From: Salisapilia sapeloensis CBS 127946
Taxonomy: Eukaryota > Protista > Oomycota
NCBI GenBank assembly: GCA_023334545.1
Contig: JAADVB010000107.1
Location: forward strand, 1-58,174
Direction of reading: 5' to 3'
Length of the DNA: 58,174 nucleotides
Of the stretch, positions 40,235-50,996 are shown one piece after another (position 1 is the stretch's first letter; each line of letters begins with the position of its first letter). Under the pieces are notes generated by a model. It did not search any database and was not told the DNA's origin. It saw only the letters and a program-made list of their open reading frames with translations. A program made the translations under genes and the position numbers.

Positions 40235-43200
40235 TTAGATTGGGTGATGGGATGCGATAGTCGAGAAGGATTGGTATATCGTGCTAGTGTCGACTGGCTG
40301 AATGGTCTTGTCATTGGTCAGGTATCCGATCGAAAAGGCTGGTGGAGAAGTTGTGTCGGATCGAATCGGTAGAAGTAGCTTTTGTTGCTCCCATCGACTT
40401 ATCTTGTCAAAAGTCACCAGCTCTCTGCTTTTCCCACACACGATCCACTGCCGAGCACTTGCAGCATCAAGCACGATGAAGAGCTTACTTGAGTGATCAC
40501 CTTGGCAAACCTCGGCATTCAAATGCTCAACTGCGATCTCAACCTGAACCTGGTCCCCAACTTTCCACTCGACATCTTGTGTCCGAACTTCCATCTTGTA
40601 ATAACATCGATCGTACAGCTTTTCATCCATATCAGGAGCTTCCATCGTGCTCACCTCTGCATCGCCTCCTTCTAGTCGAAATTCTGCATGATACTTGGGT
40701 GCCAGGATCGGCTCCATTGTCGTTACGTTACACGACATTTCTACATCTTCCAATGGAGACAACGAAAGAGGAAACGACGGGCCTTTCGCATCTTCCACTT
40801 GGACGGGTGCATCTGAAATCACCCACTTGTCACCTAGTAGCTTAACACCGATGATAGAGTTGCAGCGTACTTTCACAGTAACCTTCCACTTGCCATTTGT
40901 CCACGCACAGAGAGAATAGCTCGCAACTAGCGGTTGGACTACTCGAACCTCTGCTGCACATTTCTTTTCCACCTGAACGGATGCTTCTCTAGTGTAATTT
41001 AAAGCTGCCTTGATCGACCAAGATGCTTCCTGTGATTCATCTATCAAGTGCGTAGGATCATAGTGAAGAGCATACGTAGCTCGCTGATCCTGGCTGAGTT
41101 GCACCTGGACTAGCAACGAGTCTTTGTCAGCTGACAAGGAGTAATCCATCTCTTCATGACCACACGTAATTTGCTTCACAAGAGCATCAGACAGGGTCAA
41201 CACTTCCTTTGAAGCATTATTAACAAAAGAAATGGTGAGACGTCCATCCATGTGCTCTTTGTTGCTTTCAATATCAAAGTGCAGAGGCTGTGGGCTAGAA
41301 GTCATGATAACCGGAGGAGATGACATTTGGAGTTGCAACAAGTCTTCCTTTCTCCATACCTGAATCGTCTGCAAACCACGACCTTCCGTTAATACATTGA
41401 ACACCTTGGACTTGATCATCATTTGCATCCGAGAGAAAATGTACGTGCCGTCGGTAACCTTGTTCGCATGAGAGCTAACGCCCATTTGGATCGATCCACC
41501 CGACTCGATAGATGTCTCTGCATGTGACTCCAAAACAAGCTCCTCTCTGGAGTCCTCTTTCGCATACACGACGAGTATACGTTGGAATGAAAACCTTCCA
41601 GACAGTGTGTTTTTCATACCCACAGCAGCTTTCATGGCATCTCCAGCAACAAAAGTCTCGCTCTTGCCAGCAATGAGCTCCACTTCCAGTCCAGTTATTA
41701 GTCTCTTCTCTTGACATGCATCTGACAAGAGCTTGGAGGTCAGTTCCAGATTCTGTGGCTCACTCGTATGCAAGAGTCTCATGACAGACTCCCAAAAGGC
41801 TGTCTGATCCGCTTCAGGTTGGACGGACGTTGCATTTAAAGTGTATGCTTTCACTGCCATATCCTTCCATCCATCTTGGATGCATACATCTGAGTACGAC
41901 GAGCTAAACGAAGACTTCTGTAAGCGTAATTTGTTCCTCATTTTCGTAACATCCAGCTCCAAGTATGCACTTAATCGTTTTCGACTACCTGCCGTTCGGT
42001 AGAAATGTATTGCTAGCTGCGTCACATCGGTAAGTAGACCTTTGCGACTAACATCCGTATCTTGTAGTTGAGAACGTAAGCTCATGTACCAATTCTCCTC
42101 TTCACAATCCAACGGGTCCCAGGCTAATTCTTTAAAAAACGAACGAAGAAGCCTCCGACCGAGATACAACAAATCTCCAATTGCCGTTGCAACGGATGGA
42201 TCTTTGGCATTTAGGGATACGAGCTTTGCGAGTTCCAAGCAAGCTCCAATTGCCCATTGATACCCAAGGACTGTACCATCGTTGGAAGTCCAATGAGACC
42301 GCAGGACAGACATGAAGGACGGAATGAAGGTTTGGGCATATCGAACAAGACTTAAATCGTGATGATTCGACCGTAGTCCTTGCACACGCATGATGAACAG
42401 ATACAACGGCACGAGGTCAGATATGGCTGTACGTTCCTCTACTTGCACCATAAAGTCGTTGACATCAAGAGAAAGCTACGCATCAAGTTAGGAATTAGCA
42501 TGAGAAGCATACTAGAACTCAGCTTACAGGAGTCAATGTCAAAACGGGATGATCCATTGGTAGTCGGCAGTTGTTCCCCAGTGCTGTCTTCGTGTCTTTC
42601 AGCTCCGAAAACACTGACTGGATGTCGGAAAGATGGCTCAAGCATAGGTCTAGCATACCACTTCGGCGGTACTCGTACGCTAGCTGTTCTTTTGCCATGA
42701 AAAACTCACTGAAATCCCATTTGGATGTATCTCTCTTGCCCATCATCAATTTCACGTTCTCCTCTGAGCTAGATAAAGTGGTTTGTATGCGGCTAACAAT
42801 GCAAGCCTTTAAGGACGATATGAACGGCTCCACTTCACTTGACCCCGCCTCTTCTCCACGGACAAAATACTCGATGTTGACTACGCGATTATACTCACCT
42901 CGAGAGTTACCATGCGCATCAAAGTCCATTCGAAGTGCATTTACAATCTGTTTATAGATACTTATGGTCTTCTTCGGATACGAGTATGTATCTTGTGTCA
43001 ACTGCGTTCCGAGTGGGACGTACGCGATCACGTACTCTCGGTCCTGTTCTTGCATCCTTGAAGTCCAGGACGACAGCCGAGGCTGAAGATGCGTCCGGTA
43101 GGACTCCATGTCTTCACAAGTTGCAAAGTAGACACAGACTGGAGGATAGTTGCTGCCTTTAATCGGCACAAAAGATACATCCAAGCTTGTACTTGATGAC

Positions 43201-43372
43201 GGACGATGCGTAGGCGTCGATACTTGAAGGTGTGATAGCGGAAGGTGGGTCTGAATCGGAGACGAAAACACTGGATAGACGTTCGACGGATCGGCGTACC
43301 CCACAATGTACTCTATTTGCCATGACCATGCACTATTATTAGCTGCCTTTCCTTACCAATTAGTATGTGCAT
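40235..43372 (-). CDS. TRAPPC10: TRAPP II subunit TRAPPC10/Trs130-like
   Basis: VCVYFATCEDMESYRTHLQPRLSSW and KRDTSKWDFSEFFMAKEQLAYEY match the TRAPPC10 N-terminus. Introns of 52 nt (~42474-42525) and 44 nt (GTAAGG...GCTAAT...ATAG) place the start at ATG 43372 (MHILIEYIVGYAD). Confidence 0.75.
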
Positions 43373-43660
43373 CCTCTACAACATGCAGGATCGCAGCTAA
43401 GAAAGACATGGATCAAATCTGATTCGCATGCATTGATGGCCATGATTGTCCACCACCAACGCCTCAATGCATACACTAGGTCAAAGGAAATGCATGGTAG
43501 ATAACGTACTCGAAGACTGCACGTCCAACGCAGATGCAGTCGTCAAAGAGTCAAAGCACACCGTCGACTCCATCCTGATTGTCCTACTTGACGTAGATCA
43601 GTCTCAGCTCTGTCGTCCAATCGCGGTTTCCCAACTTCAAATGCATATCTCCATCTTCCT

Positions 43661-43674
43661 TCATTTCCCGATTT
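43661..43674 (+). promoter_or_regulatory. INR+FPR core promoter of the FGE-fold gene
   Basis: TCATTTCCCGATTT exactly fits TCATTYBNNNWTTY, with TCATT ~30 nt upstream of ATG 43692. This supports 43692 as the real start. Confidence 0.65.
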
Positions 43675-43691
43675 CCACCACGTCTAGCAAG

Positions 43692-46016
43692 ATGCGGACT
43701 TCCAAATGGACATTGTCGATCTTGCAACTGCTACTCATTTCGAATCTTACGCTCGTATTTGGATGGGATCCTCAACCGGACGGGTATGAATTGATCGATG
43801 GACCGGATGCTGGGCAATCTACTGCAGAGTGGCTGGATCCATGGAGGACGTGGAGAGAGAAAGTGATCCAGACGAACCGCTACGACCCGACTGACGATTG
43901 CGTCGTTTATAATGCGCCATCGACACAATGGTCGCAAAGCAGCTTCATCCAGGGCTACGTGATGATGTTTGATCGAGCCATCTACGACCGCAAGACGAAC
44001 ACTTACAAGGTGGACGAATATGTGAATGCGATGAAAGACCAGATCGGCGGTATCGAAAGCGTCCTTTTGTGGCCGCATTATCCTAATATCGGCATTGACA
44101 ATCGAAACCAGTTCGACATGTTCCGTACACTACCCAAGTACAGTGACAACCTCGATGCTGTCACCGGTCTCGTCCGAGGTTTCCATGCTCATGGCATCAA
44201 AGTATTCCTGCCGTACAATCCGTGGGATGTAGCAACACGTGACGAAACGGGACGAGAGGACATGGTCCGATGGTACCAGGCAGACATTGAAACCATCTAC
44301 GACTTCCTCCACTCGGACGACTTGGACGCCTTAAACGGAGACACCATGTATGGCATTCCAACGCCCTTCTACAACTGCAGCGATCCTCAAGTGCTCAGTC
44401 CAGAAGGCGGCGTTCCAAACGCTTATATCGGCATCAACGCCATGTCTTGGGGATACTTTTGGGGCTATAATAACTTTCCTCCTGTCTCGAAGGCCAAATT
44501 TCTTGAGTCTCGTCACATGGTCCAGCAATGTGCTCGGTGGTCTGTGGATAAAGTCAAAGACGTTCAAATCGCTTTCTTTAATGGTGGCGGGTATGTCAAT
44601 TGGGAGAATATCTGGGGCATTTGGAATGGAAACACGAAGCGGGAGGATGAGGCCATCCGACGTGCTTTTGCCATTCTAAGAAAAGTTTCTTGGATTGTTA
44701 CAAGTGACAAGTGGACGCCGTATGACGTCCGCAATGATGAAAATACAGTCGTCGGCACTCGATTTGAAAGTGAAGATGGTTCGACGCACTTTATTCCTAT
44801 CATCTCGAGTGCGTCTGATGGTAATACAACCATCCGCGTGCCATTATCTTCCAATGAGACAGACATGAATGCTTTCGATATGTACTACGGAAAAGAGCTA
44901 GTCATTCACAATGACGCGTCTAATGGTAGCTACGTCGAAGTGACAGTTGAGCCGGAAGGCTTTGAGGCTGTGCTGCTTACCAGAGACACTTCGAAAGTGC
45001 CTGATCTTGACACTTTCCTCGCTAGCATGCGGGAGATGACACAAAATCCTTTGAGCAATTACTCCAATGACAGGCCTTATGCACAGCAAACGCTCCAAAC
45101 GTCTCAAGCTACTGTGGACAATCCATCGCTCGAGATACAAGATGGCAGCGTAGTAGATATGTCCAACGCCACGACGACAGGAAGTGATCGTGAAGGCATG
45201 GTGTATGTCTCTGGCGCCGATGAATGGCTTTTCAACGTTTCCGGCGTGCAGATCGAGCCTGTACCAGAGTGGACACCAACCTATCTTGACTTTGGCACGG
45301 GCGTTCAGTTTCCATGGGAAGATCGTCCGTGGAACAACCATTCTCACGTCCTCAAGATTAAGCCCTTCTACCTCGACCGTCATCCAGTCACGAACAAGCA
45401 GTACTTTGACTTCCTCGCTGAAAGTGGGTATGAACCGAGCGATCTGGACTACTTTTTAGCCCACTGGGAAAATCGTATGGAGGACAAAACGAACAAACTC
45501 AAGGACATTCACGACTGGAAGATCCCATTCTCGTTCGAAGACAGACCAGTGGTGAACGTAGCGTTGGAAGATGCACAAGCCTATGCTTCTTTCTACCACA
45601 AGAGACTTCCACATGACTGGGAATGGCAGTACGTTGCGTCGAATGGACATCGATACACAAAGTACCCGTGGGGAGATGACTTTGCTGCGGATAAAGTGCC
45701 GCCAGTGGACCGGAGCAAGAATCCACCGCCCCCAGCCTCCGTACTTTCGAACCAAGTCTCGCAGTCGCTTTCGTTTGGAGCACAAGACCTCGTGGGATAC
45801 ATCTGGCAAATGACAGACTCCTTCTGTGACGATCACACATGCGGGTTACTCCTGCGAGGCGGTAGCTACTACCACCCGATCGCGTTCACAGGAAATGATC
45901 CGAACTGGTACTTCCCGCAGGCCATGGCGTCCGACAAGCACAACCGTTGGCTCATGATCGGCGAGAGCTACGACCGGTCTCCGTTCATCGGTTTCCGTTG
46001 TGCTCAGGACAGCTAA
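43692..46016 (+). CDS. Secreted protein with a glycoside-hydrolase-like N-terminal domain and a C-terminal FGE-sulfatase (SUMF1/EgtB/PvdO-like) fold
   Basis: Signal peptide MRTSKWTLSILQLLLISNLTLVFG. GGIESVLLWPHYPNIGIDNRNQFDM and DALNGDTM in the N-domain. FYLDRHPVTNKQY, PVVNVALEDAQAYA, KRLPHDWEWQYVA, DLVGYIWQMT, LRGGSY and IGFRCA in the FGE fold. Intronless. Confidence 0.82.
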   Translation: MRTSKWTLSILQLLLISNLTLVFGWDPQPDGYELIDGPDAGQSTAEWLDPWRTWREKVIQTNRYDPTDDCVVYNAPSTQWSQSSFIQGYVMMFDRAIYDRKTNTYKVDEYVNAMKDQIGGIESVLLWPHYPNIGIDNRNQFDMFRTLPKYSDNLDAVTGLVRGFHAHGIKVFLPYNPWDVATRDETGREDMVRWYQADIETIYDFLHSDDLDALNGDTMYGIPTPFYNCSDPQVLSPEGGVPNAYIGINAMSWGYFWGYNNFPPVSKAKFLESRHMVQQCARWSVDKVKDVQIAFFNGGGYVNWENIWGIWNGNTKREDEAIRRAFAILRKVSWIVTSDKWTPYDVRNDENTVVGTRFESEDGSTHFIPIISSASDGNTTIRVPLSSNETDMNAFDMYYGKELVIHNDASNGSYVEVTVEPEGFEAVLLTRDTSKVPDLDTFLASMREMTQNPLSNYSNDRPYAQQTLQTSQATVDNPSLEIQDGSVVDMSNATTTGSDREGMVYVSGADEWLFNVSGVQIEPVPEWTPTYLDFGTGVQFPWEDRPWNNHSHVLKIKPFYLDRHPVTNKQYFDFLAESGYEPSDLDYFLAHWENRMEDKTNKLKDIHDWKIPFSFEDRPVVNVALEDAQAYASFYHKRLPHDWEWQYVASNGHRYTKYPWGDDFAADKVPPVDRSKNPPPPASVLSNQVSQSLSFGAQDLVGYIWQMTDSFCDDHTCGLLLRGGSYYHPIAFTGNDPNWYFPQAMASDKHNRWLMIGESYDRSPFIGFRCAQDS

Positions 46017-46091
46017 GGTTTCAGCTTTGAGTATCAAAGTGCAAAGTTTCAAGTAAAACAAAACATGATGTTGCTTATCCAGCTACAAATT

Positions 46092-48748
46092 TCAATCCTC
46101 AATATTGATCACGTCCGGCTGGAGCCACGCAGCGATACCAGTCGATCCGTCCTTTTCCTTCTCCTTGTCTTTCTCCTTCTCCGTCTCTTTCACGGACGCT
46201 TGTGTCTGCTCCTTGGCTTTCTCCTCTTCCTCTGCCTCCTTTCGCTGCACTTCCTCCCAATACACTCTTGCTCGCTTCATACGACTACTCTCGAGCTCAA
46301 TTTCCAGCAGTCTCTCCGTCTCGCAGTCGTCGCACCAGTGCGGTCCATCCACCTTTGGCTCGAGCTTCTTCACCTTGTCCTTTTCACCCGCACCAGAACG
46401 CACGCGCTTCTTCTTGGACCCGTCCTTCTTCTCCTCTCCAACTTCATCATTCTCTCCATCGACGTACTCCACTTCGTCTTCGTACGCGAGCCACGTGTCT
46501 CCATAGTCCAGATCGTCCTCGTCTTCCGAGTCCGAGTCAGCAGTCGACAAACTTTCTCCAGGCTCTTCTTCCTCCCACTCGTCGTCACTATCGACAGAAT
46601 AGTCGAAGCCACTGTACAGAGCAAAGGGACGTCGCCCTCGACGAAAGACATTCGTCTTCTTCCGGAACGTACCAAAGTAGGCAGGACGGTAGTTCTCATG
46701 GAACTGGAGGAGCTTCATCCGATGCTCACCTCTTTTCCGACGGTTACCACACACAGTCTTGCCTTTGCTTTCAACAAGTAGATCATGCGGCTCCATATCG
46801 ACGTCTTTCGTACTACTATGCAAGTAAGGGACACTCGCGTCCATTCGCTGCATCCTCAGCTCCGTCTTCCCTGCTTCTTGAACCACATCATCGTTCTTAC
46901 TATCCGAAACAGAGGTGAAGAAGGCCGTGAGACTCTGTCTCCTTCGTTTTTCCTCCTCCACCTTCTTTTTTTCCTCCTCCTCCCGCTTCCGTTTCCGACT
47001 CTCCTCCACCTTCCTCTGCTTTTCCAGCTCCACCGCTTTCTCCTTTTCCTTCTTCCCAACTTCCTTCTCCATCTCCTGTTCCATCGCGGCACTCAACTTG
47101 CCAATCTTGACTTCCTCCAAACTCACTTTGGCTTCATTCAACGGCTGCTTCTGGAGCAACGTAATCACTTTGCTTAGTGTCTTTAGCTGAGTCCCAACAC
47201 GCCGTCGGTTCTTTCGACTCTTCTTGATCGATCGAGCAGATGAGGGAGAAAAGTACTTGTCCACAAGATGCACCTCCCATGTCCACAGCGCATGAGGACT
47301 CATGTCTTCATACAAACTACCGTCCGATCCGGTCGACACGCCGTAGCTCTCTCGCTGCGCCAGAGCCTTGACTTCCGTTTCTAGTTTCAATCGAAGCGCA
47401 AAGGTCTCTTTGGCGTCAAGTGCACGAATCAAGTCACTTGTCAACGTCGACAGTGGGAGACTATTGCCTTGGATGTGCACAGCCAGAAAGTGCTTCACAG
47501 CATCTGGAAACTCCGTCTTGGCATCCGGGATCTCGCCTTCTTTCATCGCTGCAAGTGTCGGGAGCAGAGGTGCTAATTGCTCCTTTGCCTGCTCCTTAAT
47601 CTTGTCTATGGATTCCAACGCCAGAGCAGATTCTGCGCCATAGATGGACTTTTTCACCATGTCCTCTTCATCACTAGACATGCGGAGACTATAGAATGTG
47701 TCGGACAGGTCCTTCATCTGCTTTGTAAAAGTAGCAATTCTCGCCTTGACCATCGGATCCAGCTCCTTTTCTTCCTTGGCAAGCTCTTCTGCAGTGGCAC
47801 CTTTCTTCATGGATGCCTTTGCGGGTGTCTCTGTAGTTGTAGTTGCGGTTGCTTTGGATTTGCTACGTCGTTCTGCAGGCTGCTTTCCATTGGAGACAGC
47901 AAGCTTGCTAGTGACTCCATCTGCCACGTCTTTTACACTTGGTCTATCGAACGTCTTCGCTTCGTCTTTCGTTTTCTTCGTTGCTGGTTTCTTTACCGGC
48001 GCTTTCTTCTCTGCTACGACGGATAATGGTTGGTTGACACTCGTACCTTTGATCTTTGTCTTTGCAGCTGTCTTTGCCTTGCGCGTACTCTGTCGAGCAG
48101 AATTGTCAGCAGACTCGGTATGCGTATCATGGTTGCTGTCATCTTCTTGAGTTACATCTGTAATTCGCGCTGTACTGGCGGATGCACTCGCGTCTATTTC
48201 TTCTTTCGGAGGAGTTATATTTTCTCTTGCATCCTCCTTTGCTGTGTATTCAATTTCCATATCCACTTCTTCATCCTTGTTGGACGTCATATCCACATCA
48301 CTCGATTCTTTCTGCTCCAATGAATTCGTAGTGTCACCTTCTGTATCTGTATTTGTCTTTCGATTTGCGTCATTTGCAGTAAGATCGACCGCATCGAGTT
48401 CAGATAGCGCCTTGGATGGCGGTGATGGCGTCCTGTTCACATCCTTACTTGCTGCCTTCGCTTTCTTCTCTTCTGACTTGGGAGAAAAGAACGCGGCGAT
48501 CGTCGGCTGCTTTTTCTATACAATAGCAAAAGATTGAGTACAAGTTTATTTTACTTCTACTTAGTCATATTGCATATCTATGCGTATATTCTCGGGTCTA
48601 CACCAGTAGTATGCCCTATTCTATCGTATTCATGCACCACCGGAGCAAATTACATGACTTTTACTCCAAATTGCATTGCTGATCGCATTTTCGACCGAGT
48701 GATAACACGTAGGAGACTCATGAGAAAGTAAAAATGTACCTCAGTCAT
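46092..48748 (-). CDS. CHAF1A: Chromatin assembly factor 1 large subunit (p150/Cac1)
   Basis: KLLQFHENYRPAYFGTF and DYSVDSDDEWEEEEPGESL signature, a KER charged coil and PIP-like RQSLTAFF. The frame stays open upstream to 48515 (KKQPTIAAFF). A first micro-exon ATG-ACT-GAG at 48748 is inferred. Confidence 0.9.
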
Positions 48749-49162
48749 CTCTGGTGGTGTCCAAGGTGCTTATAAGTATCCCACGCGTGGATCAAGTGAC
48801 GTATGGTAAAGGAAAGAGTGATCACGAGCTGCACCCCGCACAAATGACCCTCGTTTCGTTTTGCCGCCAAGTTTGCCGCCAGCTATCTCACTTTATGCGC
48901 ATTTTATCCTTGCGTTTGTATTGCAGACGTAGACAATTCAGTGGAACGATATACCTACTTCACACTCTCGAATGAAAGTGCTACTTCATCATCCTTCCTA
49001 GAGCTACTTTGGATCGAGTTGCTACTTGGAGGCAGCAAGATATGATGGACGAGTACTAGATTTCCAATTCGCTACGTTCATTCTTCATCCTTGGCAAATA
49101 TACCTAGGAAGTCCAACTGCCAATTACTGTTTCAAAATTTGTTCTGTCCGTGCTGAGGGTCA

Positions 49163-50811
49163 CTACTCGTGGTCTTGATGAAATGATTGCTTTGAGAATG
49201 CCACCTTGATCTTTCGACCGCCGAGCTCGCTATTGTGCGCTAATGCTAGCATATCCGTCGCCATTTCTATATTGGAAAACTAGAGATCCATGAATCAATT
49301 GCAATACATGGGTTAGCTCCAACTGTCGCTTACCTCGACAATAGCCTGCTGCTTGTTGTTGTTACCTGGAAGCAGTCGGACCTTAAAGTTCATACGTCCA
49401 CTAAATCCTTTCAAATGTTGTTCCAAGAGCTACATGCCAAAGTAACCGAATAATGAAAACTAATTGATGCAGTAGAAACTAAGCACATACGTCGACCGAG
49501 GTTTCCTCAATGTTCGAGATGTGAAGTACTTTTGTCGGACTATAGATGTGACGATTCGAATGTGTGAACTTCCCAGTGAAGCGATTGGTCATCGGCCCAT
49601 AGTCCTTGGTCGTCACAATCACTCTATTCTATTGTCAGACCAATTTCGAGCCATTTGAACACAAGCCTTACACTTCGCTCCGATCTTCATTCGCAACTGG
49701 ATAATGTCGACGTGAGATATGCTTGTGCTTCGAGTAGCTAATTTCCAGAGATTGCTTGAATAGCAAAAATCCGCGCAGATGAAGCATTGCCAAGTGGGCA
49801 CCTTCCACGTTTTCATACTGGATCAACGCATGATCCGGTTTCTCCACCAGCTTCTTCACTCGAGTTACATTCCCATAGCAAGAGAATAAATTGAAGAGAG
49901 GATCACAAGACACACTTTGTACCAAATTGGATACGAGTAACACAGGAGAAGTGTGCGTTGGATTCGATCCTACTGCGTCTTTTTCGACCTTGGCGGGCGA
50001 TTCGACTGGTGGTAACTTGGCATTCGTAAAGTCACGAGAGCGTGTACCATTCACTTTGACGACTAGTTCATCCTATTTTATATCAGTATATATAGAAATG
50101 AAAAATGACGACGATATACTTCTAAGTTTGAGTACGTAATGAGAAGAGAGCAGCAGTTGGGGAAGATCGAGACACCGGCAAATCCCGTCTTGGCTGCGAC
50201 CGCCGCCTCTTCCTCTGCAAATTGCACTAAGCTCTATATGCACAAGTAAATTACCGAGTAACATCTAGTGTGCGTGCAGCAACTACCTGAAGACCGATGG
50301 GCTTTTCAAAGATGACGCACTTTTCGATCGCACCAAAGCGTCCGAAGACCTCCTGAATGAGATCACAGTCAATGTCATAGATAGGATTTTGGATGGTCAC
50401 GAGTAATATGCGATTGGGTATCTCCTCTTTTAATGTTGATCGTCCACGACGATAACCGGTACCGTCCTCGCCGCCATGTTTCTTATCGTCATGCAGCTCC
50501 TGAGCCTTGGCGAATTCGCCGTGCACTCGTCTCTCTTGTCTGCCAATGGCAATCGGCCCATTATTTAACCTTTCCAGCACAATCGTCGCATCCTCCAACG
50601 TTGCAAACTCCACCAGTGCTTGAATACCAGAGTATGGCACCTTTTCTTTCGTCTCGGCATCAAAATGGGAATACAATGCGTTACGTTTTCGAAGTAGCAG
50701 CAGCTTGGTGATAGTCGTCGCAGATGTAGACAATGCTTTACAGAGCTGAGGCTCCGTCACATCGTGTGGCAAGCCCTCCAAGTAAAGCACCTTTGAATGT
50801 ACTGCGCTCAT
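49163..50811 (-). CDS. Polypyrimidine tract-binding protein / hnRNP L-like 4-RRM protein
   Basis: RRMs SKVLYLEGLP..QALVEF, RILLVTIQNPIYDI..FGRFGAIEKCVIFEK, PVLLVSNL..LFNLFSCYGNVTRVK..HALIQY and YSPTKVLHISNI..KIKVAFSK across ~5 exons. Confidence 0.88.
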
Positions 50812-50996
50812 ACCGATGTGAAAAGAGCCGACGAGAAGGTATTTGAAGTTGGTGACCTCGTCACATGTTGTCGTCTCAGATTGCAATTGAGCCAATCAAC
50901 GACATGATGCATGGATATCTGAGAATAACACTTCAATATGATAAATATACCTCCTTATCTGACTAATTTAGGTCACTGGATCGGATAAACGACGAA

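Noticed and set aside
43446-43691. 82-aa N-terminal extension of the FGE-fold ORF
   Set aside because: It looks non-coding, and a perfect INR+FPR at 43661 plus a signal peptide starting at ATG 43692 mark the real start.
45700-46016. Calling the FGE-fold protein a true formylglycine-generating enzyme (SUMF1)
   Set aside because: The catalytic cysteine pair after RGGSY is absent.
46065-47177. Long antisense ORFs (238 aa, 238 aa, 130 aa) opposite CAF-1
   Set aside because: They are shadows of Glu/Lys-rich GAR/AAR codons giving Leu/Phe/Ser-rich translations. The same applies to 22834-23481 opposite UPF2.
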